Assembly (NCBI RefSeq): GCF_963921235.1
Contig: NC_086097.1
Span: 188,420,001 to 188,484,000, forward strand
From: Mobula hypostoma
Taxonomy: Eukaryota
Direction of reading: 5' to 3'
DNA: 64,000 nucleotides
A program made the translations under genes and the position numbers. A model generated the notes under the pieces. It made no database searches and was not told the DNA's origin. It saw only the letters and a list, made by a program, of their open reading frames with translations. This document shows, one piece after another, positions 1-12,077 of the stretch; position 1 is the stretch's first letter, and each line of letters starts with the position of its first letter.

Positions 1-140
1 TACACAATTAAGTTCTAGCTTGGCACATGATTACATTGATTGAATGGAAGAGGTGGGAAATACCATTGAAGATGGGTGCACTCACCATATTAGAGGCACG
101 ACAAACTGTTGAACAAATTTATAGTAATGTCTGTGTTCTA

Positions 141-305
<165 letters not shown>

Positions 306-759
306 TCAAAAAGAACACAGAAACCTATTCTACAAAAAAAAAAGGAAAGGAATTTGATTAGCGTCAAGTAATCCTACAGCATTTTCCTTGCAGATTATAT
401 GGAATTACACCACATTAGCCAAGAATGCTTACAGCCTTCTCTGGAAGAGCAGTACCAGTTCACATGAACATTGTCCCAGCCAAAAGCAAATCAAGTAGCA
501 GTTTATTCATAGTCGTGCTGGGTGGTGAAGCTTTGGCATGTTACACAATGCTTTTGTCACATTGATTTTGAATATTGAATAACCATCTCCTCAACAAGTA
601 TGGGGAAATTTAAAAAATTGAGAAAAGTATCAGGAAAGTTTAAATTTTGATTAAATAAACTGCAAACATCCAGCTAGGCCAAGACTAGGGTTTGATTTGA
701 TAAAATACTTTCCTTCTAATGGAACAACTGTGCACAGCTAATTTCAACATTTCTGAAGT

Positions 760-1350
760 GAGGTGAGGACCTCTGCCACTCAGAGCTGACCATGGATATT
801 GTGTCCTGGCTGTCTAGATACGCAAGCCTGGTCAGTACGATATGGAGAGCAGGTTATTGCACATGTAGCAAGCCTTCCCTCTCCACGCATCTGATAAACC
901 CAGAGGAATGGCAGAGACCAATACAGTTTAGTACCAGCAGCACTGCAGGAGGTGCCAGTCAGCAATGACCTCAATGTAGGATTGCCTTAGGGGCTCCAAC
1001 TCCAGATTTTTCCCTCAGGGTTTGCTCCCGAAGCCCTCTGCGTAAGTGGGTATAGCTACAAGGCAGTGGAGATTTGAGATCAAAGTTTTCCTTCCCCTAG
1101 ATGAGCTGTCAACGATGGCTGACAAGTCACATCTGCCTGAAGCAACTGGTTTTAAGGCGCCAATAACTCGCCTTTGCCTCTTCTGTCAGTAGAAACGATT
1201 CTGCCGGGCTTAATAGCTCAGCCACACGTGAAGGTCAGGAGTTGGTCTTGGTTGTCAGAGGTTATTTGAGGCACGTGCCATTAGGAGTATTTAATAGGTA
1301 CTGGGAGCTATCTCTATTACCACCCCCAGCTGTAACAACCTTAAGGAACC
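760..1350 (-). mobile_element. Non-coding ~600-bp interspersed element, possibly RTE-UTR-derived; its 3' third is homologous to the SINE tail at 22740-22930
   Basis: GC-richer block; visible alignment with 22740-22930; GAAGGAAAACT motif reminiscent of RTE 5'UTRs (from memory). Confidence 0.5.
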
Positions 1351-1496
1351 CAATATTTCGAAAACCCTAGTTATTTATTTTAAAATGACTTTTGTGACAA
1401 GTGTTGGATCCAACTGTCATTTCTTACATTAGAATGTTTAATTGTTATATTCTTTGCAGACACACATAAAGCAAAAACTCTGATCCAGGAATATAT

Positions 1497-1740
1497 TCCT
1501 GGATTCAATTCCAACATCATTCTGTAAAGAGTATCTGTACGTTCTCCCCGTGGAATGTGTGGGTTTTCCCCTGGTGCTCTGGTTTCCTCCCACAGTCTAA
1601 AGGCGTACTGGGTAGGATAATTGTTCATTGTAAACTGTACTGTAATTAGATTAGGGTTAATTAGGGTTGTGAAGTTACTGGGGTGAGGATGCTCGAAGGA
1701 CCGGAAAGGCCTATTCCATTGTACTTTGCCAAATAAAATA
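1497..1740 (+). mobile_element. V-SINE (HE1-like), 5'-truncated
   Basis: V-domain-like CCCCGTGGAATGTGTGGGTTTTCCCCTGGTGCTCTGGTTTCCTCCCACA, then a GAAAGGCCTATTCC tail and AAATAAA. Confidence 0.7.
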
Positions 1741-2304
1741 ACAAATAAACAAATCAGTTTATTGAAAGTTCTCTGTAACAGGACCCTTATGTAACCCCGG
1801 GACTGCATGACAAACTGTCATGCAGCACAAGAGGCCAAGGTTACATTGTTTAAACATGTTATGCAGAAATTCCATGCAAAACCATTAAAAATAGCTTAAG
1901 ATATAATCTGGAACCAATAGCCAAAAGTAAGGGAAAAAAATTAACAGGTACATAGTTTCATTATAGGAGTTTCCAGTATTGGCATCCTTTTTGGAGAGTT
2001 TCTTCTAAAGATAAACTAGATTAATGAATTCACTCAAGCCTGTTGAACATGCAAAGTCTAAAGTTCAAATGTTTGTGTTGAATGCTGTTTTATCATAAGT
2101 GCTTTTGGGAAATCTAGAGAATTTCATTCACCACAAGCAACACATATAGCTGCAGTTAACTGTCAGAGAGTCATAGCAAAATCCAAGCCTCCAAAATGGA
2201 GTCTGCAACACAAGGGTGTGAATTCAGTCAGATGCTATTGTTCGATGGCAATGACTCACCAGCCTCATCAATTAAGAACAACTTAGTGCTTGAGTTGTCA
2301 AAAG

Positions 2305-2720
2305 ATCTCGGCCTTTTCTCCTTGGAGCGACAGAGGATGAGAGGTGACCTAATAGAGGTGTATAAGATGATGAGAGGCATTGATCGTGTGGATAATCAGA
2401 GGTTTTTTCCCAGGGCCGAAATGGTTACCACAAGAGGGCACAGGTTTAAGGAGCTGGGGAGTAGATACAGAGGAGATGTCAGGGGTAAGTTGTTTTTTTT
2501 TTACGCAGAGAGTGGTGAGTGCGTGGAATGGACTGCCGGCAACAGTGGTGGAGGCGGATATGACAGGGTCTTTTAAGAGACTTTTGGATAGTTACATGGA
2601 GCTTAGAAAAATAGAGGGCTACAGGTAAGCCTAGTACTTTCTAAGGTAGGGACATGTTCGGCACAACTTTGTGGGCCGAAGGGCCTGTATTGTGCTGTAG
2701 GTTTTTCTATGTTTTCTATC
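2305..2720 (+). mobile_element. CR1 LINE 3' fragment
   Basis: LGLFSLERQRMRGDLIEVYK, FFTQRVV, TTCTATG-type tail. Confidence 0.9.
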
Positions 2721-3601
2721 TCATTTTGATAGCTTTCAGAGAGAAAACCAAGACAAGCTAATATACTGATAACTTGAAACAGCAGGAGAGAGGAAGGCTT
2801 TTTACTTTGGCAGTTAATTCATACAAAAGGGAACTGAGAAAGTACAATTTCTTTAACAAAAGTAGTTATTTGATAAACTTTTGAGTAGTGTTATTGATAA
2901 TAATCACTGCACCAATATGCAAAGTAATATTAACACACACTGGTAAGGAGTCAGTGGTTGATGGAAAGCACTGTCAAATGTATTCTACAGGAGGTTTTAT
3001 TGGCATCATGATGCAACAGAATGAAAAGCAAGTACAAAACCCAGGATAGCAGCAAACTATGAAACAGGCAATTTTAGGGTGGAGAACAGACCTAGATTCA
3101 AAAGGACATATTCACATCAACACATTGCTTAAAAACACATTCCTTAAAAAGGGATGATAACATGTTGAAACACAACTTCATTGGCATCACAAGGTGCAAC
3201 TTGCACATTAACAGATCAAAACTAAAGACTACTGCAAACCCAGTAAACTCCTTTTCTGGCTAATAAGAGTGAAGCTGAAAAAGAGCTGCACAGGCAAGAA
3301 AAAAATATATGGTATAAGCACTATTTGTATAGAAATGAATAAGTCATGCTGATATAGGGTGTAAACTCACTTTGGAAGACTGGTACATGGATTTACAGAA
3401 TCAAAGGTATTCACAGAATTAGAATGCTCTGAGACTGTGGTGAAACAAGCCACCAGAACTGTTTTGCAGTCAGAATCATAGCCACTATTCCTCTTCAGAA
3501 AGCATATGTGCCAGTTTATAAAAACCTTTATACAGTCACAGAAACAGGCTGTTAAACCCAACATTACCCATGCAACCAAAAAATATCAACCCATACAACA
3601 C

Positions 3602-4119
3602 CAGACATCCCACCTCTCCCGGAACTTCTGGGAGTCTCCTGCATATTGACAGCAGCTCCCTGCAAATTATATACAATATCCCGGAAATCGATTTTTTTGA
3701 GAGCAAGAGAGAGAGAAGGAGCGCAAGAGTGCAAGCGAGAGCATGCGTGAGAGAGAGTGCCATGGTAGAATGTTCCAAAAAAAGAAAATACAGTATAAAA
3801 TGTACTTCACCCCAGACCACACTAAAGTGTACCCCTGCCTATCAGGGACCAAAAATTATGACAGTGTTGCTCGCTGCACTGTTTTCAACAGTGACTTTTC
3901 TATTGCCCATGGTGGGTTAAGACTGTAAAAGACATGTTGAGGTGAGTTTAACAGGTGTCATTCATTCATTAGCATAGCTAATGTTATTTAAACTAGCTGG
4001 CTGGTTGCTAAGGAGTTACTCTATTGCAGACATCCCACCTCTCCCGGAAGTTCCAGGAGTCTCCTGCAAATTGATGGCGCTACCTCCCTGAAATGAGTTT
4101 TTTTAGGGTGGGGTGTCTG
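3602..4119. mobile_element. Non-autonomous DNA transposon (MITE) with 6-bp TSD
   Basis: TIR CAGACATCCCACC / GGTGGGGTGTCTG; CAACAC on both flanks; the left end is repeated internally at about 4027-4075. Confidence 0.7.
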
Positions 4120-4149
4120 CAACACTATCTTCTAGTGTTTAGTCTGTAG

Positions 4150-4680
4150 TTTCTATGCCTCAACAATTCTCTTGTTCATGTAGTTCCTTAAATGTTGTGA
4201 ACATACCCACACCCATCACCCCTCAGTCAGTGCATTCCAACCACCTTCTAGGTAAGAAACGCCTTCCTCAGATCCCCTCTAAACTGCTTACTCCTTAACC
4301 TAACACTTATCCCCTCTAAGACTGATTGAGTGAAATGTTTCCTATTATCTACCCTATCTGCACCCTCAACTTTCAATATCCCTATTCAGCTTCTTTGATT
4401 CCAAGAACAGTAGACCAAGTCCATCCAGTCTCTCCTCATAACTGAATTGCTCATTCCAAGCTACATCCATGTGAATTGCTTCTGCACCCTCTTCAATGTA
4501 ATCATTTCCTTTGGATATTGTGGCAATTCAAATGGCACACAATTCTCTGGATCTGTTCAAAGTGTATTTATGAATCAATGCCATAATCTCCCCGCTCTTG
4601 TCCTTTCTGCCCCTGCTAAAGACGGCAAGTACACTTTCTTTATGTTTTCTACCTGTGCTGCCATTTTGGACTGTAAAACA
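4150..4680 (-). mobile_element. Old CR1 3' fragment
   Basis: Degenerate reverse-complement CR1 ORF2 end. Confidence 0.6.
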
Positions 4681-5215
4681 AATCCTGCCATTCTTCAATA
4701 TTCCCTTAGACGCCACTATTCATCATGTGTGTTTCTATTGAAACCCTATCAGACAACATTACATGCCCGGTTGGTTTCTTAAACAATGCAAACTTAATTC
4801 CCATTGCAATGAATTTTAAATTCCCAGAGCACGAACAGCTCAGTTACCCAAAATGTGACACACATGTCAGATGTGATTTAATCAAATCTGTCAGTTAATC
4901 CGCTATCAGACCAGTGCTGCCCCAGTGTTAGCCTGGGCATGCCCTCTGACTGCTGATTACTGGAACACGCCGGTCAGTCAAGTGGCAAGTAACCAAGCTT
5001 TTACTGTAAATAGTATATTGTCTTGTAAATAAACTTCCAACCTCTTTGCATATATGTTTGCTATGTCTCAATATATTTCTGAAGACATCATAAATATTAT
5101 TATTTGAAATGAAAACCTTAAATTCTGTTTTAATATAAGTTCCCCCCCCCCCCCCGCTGTTTAGGCATTTAATCCTCATGTTACCAACTGTTTATTGTCA
5201 TTCATTTCTTTCTCT

Positions 5216-5505
5216 GCGTGGTGAATGGCCTAGTGGTTAGGGTGTTGGACTAGTGATCTGAAGGTCGTGGGTTCGAGCCTCGGCCGAGGCAGCGTATGTG
5301 TCCTTGAGCAAGGCACTTAACCACACAATGCTCCAGCTGAGAATGGGTACTGACAAAAATGCTGGGGTTTAACCTCGCGATAGACTGGTGTCCTATCTGG
5401 GGCGGTGGGGGGGGGGGAGGAGTCTCATACTCTCAGTTGCTTCATGCCACAGAAACCGGCATAAGCATTGGCCTCATGGGCCACAAGGCTTGTGAGACTT
5501 TAATT
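5216..5505 (+). mobile_element. tRNA-derived SINE with CORE-like central domain
   Basis: A box TGGCCTAGTGG, B box GGTTCGAGCC, GTCCTTGAGCAAGGCACTTAAC; second copy at 57880-58172. Confidence 0.85.
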
Positions 5506-6466
5506 TCCTTCTCTGACCTCAGGCTGTCCTAACGATCATGGGGATTATTGAGTTTCCTGGAGCATGGGTTACTTCCAAGAATCATCCATTCCAATATATA
5601 AATATTGAAAATGAATAATAGCTCTATTCAAATTACAACTTGGGGAACAGTTCTTTCAATGTTGTCTAAATTAAGACTGCACTACTGCATATTTCATATC
5701 TTCAATTTTTGAAATTCCATGACAATTTTTCCATTCTTAGAAAACAAATAACTGCCCTCTCTTCTTCTTACGTCCACCATCCACACCTGACTTCATTAGG
5801 CCCAAGCTCCTAATACCTATACCACTAACTCATTATTAATATAACCAGCATACCTCTACCATCAACTGGAAGACAATTAGCTATTCTAGAAAATTATCTG
5901 AAAATTTACTTTAGATCAGATTTTCTCCCCGCACAGAAACACACACAAAAGTAGATGAAGGTTTTTAACTGAATAGAAAACTAGTGCTTTTACAAATTCA
6001 GAAATTTGGGAAGCTGACTCACATTATTCCACACAGCTCCACCCCACCAATAATAACACATGGAAAGAAGCCCAGTTATTATCACAAGATCTTTGTGTTG
6101 AAGTGTCTCCATACTTGTATCCCCACCTGCTATCATCATTCCTATGACTTTCACTCATTCATCATCATGAAGCAACGTGTCTGTGATTATTTTCCTAAAA
6201 CACTGTCTGAATTCCCCTCTCCAAGTGGTTCTTCTACCCTAATTTATCATATGCCAAATGAGAATCAATCTCCGCCCAAAACTAAAATCATAAAGCAACC
6301 AAAGAAACAAAGTGCAAATTACCCTGAGATAATTTAAGAGGAAAAGAAAAAAACACTGCATTCTAAAACAAACCATAATAGACATTTGGCCCCTCATTTT
6401 AGGTAAAACAGACCAAAATAGCTGAATCATTGTGTTATTAAACAAGAATAGAAGACAAAAACTTAC

Positions 6467-6565
6467 TGGTGAACTATGTGATGCAAACTGCAGTGTCTCC
6501 ATGTTGGTCTCAAATGTACCTATTAGATCATGTGACCCATCGTTGTCATAATCGTAGCAAGTTAC
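6467..6565 (-). CDS. cpne3: Copine gene A, coding exon 7 ([33 protein letters not shown])
   Basis: 99 nt, TTTCAG / GTAAGT; C2B calcium-binding loop [10 protein letters not shown]. Confidence 0.95.
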
Positions 6566-6696
6566 CTGAAAATAAATCATTGATGAATAGGCTGAAGTGT
6601 GTAAGTGGCAATTTAACACAGACCTTTTGTTTATATAGCTCCTTGCTCCCTATCATCTGGATTCTGGTTATAGAGATAAAAATTGGAAATAAGTAG

Positions 6697-6885
6697 CAAG
6701 TTCAGCAGCATTTCCAGAGAGAAATAGAGTGTCTTTGATGTGAAACCATCAGAAACTTTCTAATGATAGGTCACAGACTTGGAAAATTTAACTACACCTC
6801 TCTTCACCTAAAGCTAGCCGAGTTGTTGATACTTAGGTGCTTTCAGCTTTTATTTCAGATACCTAGCATCCATAGAATTTTGCTT
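6697..6885. mobile_element. Old palindromic Penelope-terminus element
   Basis: Degenerate inverted arms resembling 42204-42431; ends in TTTCAGATACCTAGCATC. Confidence 0.45.
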
Positions 6886-7124
6886 TAACAACACTTTTAA
6901 AAGCACACTACCTGCTGAATTTAGACAAAATTTTAAGTCAGGCCAGACATATTATCCAAAACTATTCTGTGTCAAGTACTTCTGCAATTTGGTATGTAAT
7001 GTGCACACTGGCTAAACCAATATTAGGATTTTAAAAAAGAATGCTCAGATACCACCACAGATATTATGTTCCTATGGTTAATCTTTTAAACCACTACACT
7101 GAATCAAATAAAATTTAATAAACA

Positions 7125-7141
7125 AACACACACACATATGT

Positions 7142-7175
<34 letters not shown>

Positions 7176-7217
7176 CTATATATATATATATACATACATA
7201 CACACACACATATATGA
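7125..7217. repeat. Compound (CA)n/(TG)n/(TA)n microsatellite
   Basis: Directly visible. Confidence 0.95.
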
Positions 7218-7714
7218 GAGAATATAACTCATACACCCATGATTAATAAAAGCAGCATTAGACAAGAACATTGCTAAAAGGTTTCAGTACTCAAGTTTTA
7301 ATGTTAATCGCCCACAGATATTTATGTGCTTTGACTGTTTACTTTTAAATACCAAAAAAAAACGTTTGAATTTGTTGGACTATTAAGTCAACTACTAAGT
7401 CAGTTCCTAACAGGCAGATAAAGAAAGAGAGCCTGTGAAAGAAAGTAGAAAAACTCAAATCTTTAAACCTACATTTGCATGTATTTGCTCTGTACAGTCA
7501 AGTATTGGTTACTAATGCTATTCCAAGGTTTCAGTCATTGATTTTAGCAAAACAAACTAATCAGTGAAGCTAATTTTAGTATAAAGGTCTGGATTGTGAT
7601 TTTAAAATTATCTGGTTCAAAAATGCTGTTCATTTAGCATGCCATTCAGTTCAAGGCCAATAATGCTAGCCTTGTCAGCAAAGCATGGATCATTAAAAAA
7701 AAAACTTTTAGAAG

Positions 7715-8516
7715 TGTAATGGGATCCTGAATTATCCCTATGAACTGTGCTTTTAAAAAGAGAGAGAGAGCTGTACAGCACAAAGAACGTTGTTAAGAGA
7801 GAGAAAGGTGAAGACTGCTCACAGTTTGTTTGGGATTTCTGCAAGGACACTGCCAGCTTCTGAGTTCCTACAGAGAGAGAAGTGAGGAGCTACTTGATGG
7901 ACAGCTGGTGTTCAGCATGCTGAGATAAATACCAGGTCAGCTGGTTGTTAGACACACATGGTTTTGGACACTGGATGAGCTTTGTTGTGCCCACAGAAAG
8001 GTGGGTTTTTAGAGGATCGATCAAGAGAATCAATCAGTGGCTCTCGCAGTGTGAAAATGGTGTGACTAGTGGGAAGTTATTAGTGCATCCAACCCTTGCC
8101 TGGGTTGATAACAAGGGGAAAACAGTCCCCTTGTTGTGGTCACATTTGGTGACTTCTAAAGGATTTCGGAGGACAACGAGAAGAATCGACAACAACGAGA
8201 AGAATCGACGGCATCGGCATACTCAGACAACCACAACACCTCTCTCTCTCTCCATCACCACTCAACTTAATACCACGAACTGAACTGAACTTTACCCATC
8301 ACTATAAGACTGTATCCATTTACCCCTAGGCTTGAAGAAGCTTGTTTTTTATTTCCACACTTATATATATAATCATTGCTAACATGTTTGATTTGTCTGA
8401 TTTTATATTACTGTACTGCAGAGTTACTAATAAATAGCATTAGTTAATAGCAATACCAGACTCCAAGGTGTTTTTCATTTCTGCTGGTTCTTTAACCCAT
8501 CACAGAGTACTTGACA
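7715..8516 (+). mobile_element. Probable solo LTR
   Basis: TGTAA...TGACA termini, flanks GAAG/AAAG (imperfect 4-bp TSD), AATAAA near 8429. Confidence 0.55.
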
Positions 8517-8622
8517 AAAGTAAGATATAAAGTATCTGTTTTTATGCTGTAGAGTAATCAGAATAATCAGAATAAAGTCTTTCAAAAGCATACTTGCATT
8601 AGTAGATACAAGTGAAACATAC

Positions 8623-8712
8623 CTTGATCGGCTTCATCAAGTCACTGTTACAAAGTGACTGCAAGGGAATTTTATATGGTTTCCAAGCGGGATTTAAATT
8701 TCGTTTTATAAC
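8623..8712 (-). CDS. cpne3: Copine gene A, coding exon 6 ([30 protein letters not shown])
   Basis: 90 nt, TTTCAG / GTATGT; NLNPxW C2 motif. Confidence 0.95.
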
Positions 8713-8774
8713 CTGAAAACGACAAAAAGAATAAATAATCATAGAAATACCACACAAAAAAAATTTGATGGTTT

Positions 8775-9065
8775 GCATAGTCATACAAAAGTACAGCACA
8801 GAAACAAGTCCCTTGGCCTATCTAGTACATACCGAGCCATTTAAACTGCCTACTCCCATCATAGCCCTCCATACCCCTACCATCCATGTACCTATCCAAA
8901 CTTCTCTTAAACATTGAAATCGAGCTCGCATGCATCACCTGCACTGGCAGCTCATTCCACATTCTCACGACCCTCTGAGTCAAAAGGCTTCTCCTCATGT
9001 TCCCCCTAAACTTTTCACCTTTCACCGTTAACACCCATGACCACCAGCTGTAGTCCCACCCAACC
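8775..9065 (-). mobile_element. CR1 3' fragment
   Basis: TQRVVRMWNELP...FKRSLDRYM. Confidence 0.85.
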
Positions 9066-9605
9066 TCAGTATCTTTTCTGTGTGACAAAATTAATATCTG
9101 ATTGTCCAAAACACCAAGAGTGAGATATGTTGTTTTAGAACTTTGAGATTATGCCATTGTGCATATATTCCTAGCATTTGTTCAGGAGACAGGGAAATCA
9201 GTATTTATACTTCACTGGAACGACTGAATAAATGTCATAGCATTACTTTATTTTACTCTGAAGTCCCATTTTTAAAATGGCCGCATCAAATAATAACATC
9301 TTCCCGTTCGTAAAATCTCTATTTTCTAGGTAGTCAAAAATTCCCGATGATGGTTTGTTGACCAATCTGCTTTTCTCCATAAATGGCGTATTTTCCAAAG
9401 CTTTACTGTCCTTATCTCTTTCAAACACACATCTATCTTCAGTTATAGCCCTCGCTACACCAGATTAAAATGTTCATTCACCTAAACCCCCACATGACTG
9501 TCCCATCCTACCTATGCAACCAGTTCCACCTTAACATTCTTTAGAAGAATTATGTCCTCTAGCTCAGGGATATTGTTTCCTCACACACTATCCATTCCTC
9601 TAAAC

Positions 9606-11830
9606 TAGGGGTCACCAACCCATCGATCGCGATCGACCAGTCAATCTTTGAGACTTTCTCAGTAGATCCCGAAGAGAAATCAAAAATAAATACACAAATA
9701 CTGTTGTAATGTGAGCATTATAAAAGTAAGTAATACTAATTAGGATAATGGTAATATAGCAATATTTTCACTAAAAAGCTGTTTGTAAAGAGAGATTGTT
9801 TCCGGGTTGCGGGGGTTTAGTTCCGTTCTTTCTGCCCAGTGTGCATGTGTGTAGTTCCCCCGCTGTGCACCGCATTTTCAGCATAGCCTGTGCTGCATCA
9901 AAGTGACCAATTAGATTAGGTAACAGTACAGACTGTCGCAAACATCAATATACGGCAGTGTCCCCAACCCTTGGGCCGCGAAGCATGCAGGGGTGCAGCA
10001 GTAGTCAGGATGCACACAGCACATCTTTAAGAAAAAAAGCTGAAATAAACAAGCTAATTAATTAGGTGAATGTGGGCTCAGATCAGAGGCGACACAATCG
10101 GCAATCGCTCGTGATATCCTGATAGCATAGCGGAGGCTCCAGGAAAGAAGGTGAAAACATACAAATTCCATCCAGAATGGGAAGAGGAATTTCTATTTAC
10201 CTTGGTGAAAGACAAGTGTGTGTATATGCTGTGCCGCCAAACACAAGCACTGACTAAAAGAGGGAATCTGGAGCGGCACCACCACATCAATCACCAGGAA
10301 TTTAAAGACACCTACCCACCAAAGAGTGCAATTCGTGCCAGGAAAGTTGAGGAGCTGAAATCGGGGTTGAAGGCCCAGCTATCGTTTTTCACAAAACGTG
10401 CTGCTCAATATAGGGCTGCTATTGAAGAATCATTTCGTGTAAGTCACCTTTTGGCTAAACACAAGAAGCCTTTTACAGATGGTGATTTATTCAAGGAAGC
10501 AATGGCCATTACCGCAGAGGCTGTTTTAAATGACTTTAAAAACAAAAATGGCATCACAACCGCAATACATAATATACCACTTGGCCCTGCGACAGTGACA
10601 AGGGGGGTAGAGTCACTGTCAGAGGACATGGATATTTTTCACTACAGTTCGATGAATCCCTGGATGTAATGCAAACAGCTCAGCTTGCTGTATTTGTCAG
10701 AATGGATTTTACAACAAAGGAGGACTTCCTCACTCTTTTGCAATTAAAGGAAAGAACGAGAGGTGAGGATATTTACAATGAGTTTAAAAAATATATCCAT
10801 GAAAATGACAACCCCATTCATAAACTGGTGGCAATTACTACTGATGGGGCCCCAGCAGTGCGCGGTGTGTGCGTTGCTTTTATAGCAATAAAAGTCAGTG
10901 TTAAGTTATCTATGTGAAATTGCATTTTCACAGATGAAAATTATTAAATCTAAGTACAGGAGCTGACTTACTGACAGACACCTCACTAGGGTTGCCGACT
11001 TTCTCACTCCCAAATAACGGACAAAAGTAGCAGTCAGATCCCGGGACATTTGTGTTTACCCTGAGAAAGACTACCATGACCACGAAGCCTTGCGCGGGCA
11101 CTTGTGTGCGCATGCGTGATGTGCCATATTTTTGGTTTTGGCTTAACTTTCATTATTTCTACCTTATATAGGCTGTGTATTTATCATATCATTCCTGCTT
11201 TTACTATATGTTACTGTTATTTTAGGTTTTATGTGTTATTTGGTATGATTTGGTAGGTTATTTTTTTGGGTCTGGGAACACTCAAAATTTTTTCCATATA
11301 AATTAATGGTAATTGCTTCTTCGGCATAAAGCATTTCGGCACGAAAGGTTTCATGGGAACGTTCTACCTTAGCGGGGGGAATACGGGACAGTTGGCAACC
11401 CTACACCTCACAAACTTTCTCAGACTGGCTGTCTGTAGTTATGAGCCAAATTTCAGGGAACTAGCAGAAAGTATTCAGCATCAGTCAACACACAGAGTGC
11501 AACAGTCAATTTTTATTCATTTATATTTTGTGTTGAAAGAAAATTAAATAATGAAACTTAGAACTAAAAATGTGAAGTATTGTAATATTCTTAAAGAAAG
11601 ACAGCTATGGCCTGTTTGATATGCTAGTTACAGTGTTTTCTTGTTTGAATTAATTTGAAAGTTTGACAAACGTATTTTGTGTAATTCAAATACAATTCAC
11701 CCAAATAAAAGGTCTCCAATTGGAAGTACAATCTGAGCTGTTTTTTCTCTAAATGATTTAGTAGGTAGATCTTGCCTTTCACTGAGGTCGAGGTAGGGGA
11801 TCTTGAGCTTAAAAAGGTTGGTGACCACTA
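9606..11830 (+). mobile_element. hAT (Charlie/SPIN, GTF2IRD2-like) transposon with decayed, internally deleted transposase
   Basis: TIR TAGGGGTCACCAACC / GGTTGGTGACCACTA; perfect 8-bp TSD CTCTAAAC; ORFs with BED-like C..C..HH, KKPFTDG, AQLAVFVR, ITTDGAPA. Confidence 0.93.
10987..11403. mobile_element. hAT-type MITE nested in the Charlie-like element
   Basis: TIR TAGGGTTGCCGACT / AGTTGGCAACCCTA; perfect 8-bp TSD CACCTCAC. Confidence 0.9.
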
Positions 11831-12077
11831 CTCTAAACCATATTAGGTTTGACTCCGTTCCTCCTAGTTCAACGCCTCCAATAACATTTAACTTTTTGAG
11901 GATTTTTAAACATTTTAAGCATTTAAAAATCAAGCCATTACTCCTCCTGTCATCATCTTTAGCATAATATCTACCTTAATCTGATGATACTTCCATGAAG
12001 CTCTATCAGAAGACATCCCTAACTAGAGATGCAATGATTAGTGCCAATATTTCTGTGGGTTATACCACCACCAAGTA

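Noticed and set aside
89..108. Possible 20-nt micro-exon (CAACAG|...ATG|GTGAGT) on the minus strand
   Set aside because: Not a multiple of 3, no copine similarity, and only about 50 nt from the exon 8 donor
3371..3492. Exon-like segment on the minus strand with a strong GTGAGT donor and faint resemblance to copine exon 7 (GYDSD...FTT)
   Set aside because: Available acceptors give a frameshift (122 nt) or immediate stops; the similarity is not convincing
5216..5290. tRNA gene (also 22965-23041, 42800-42868, 58095-58172)
   Set aside because: A and B boxes are present but there is no full cloverleaf or terminator, and the sequence continues into a SINE body
7125..7217. Self-complementary alternating purine-pyrimidine tract (Z-DNA or hairpin)
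   Set aside because: Ordinary compound microsatellite with no sign of function
10151..10917. Domesticated GTF2IRD2/ZBED-like host gene
   Set aside because: Frameshifted, deleted, and bounded by TIRs and TSD, so it is a dead transposon
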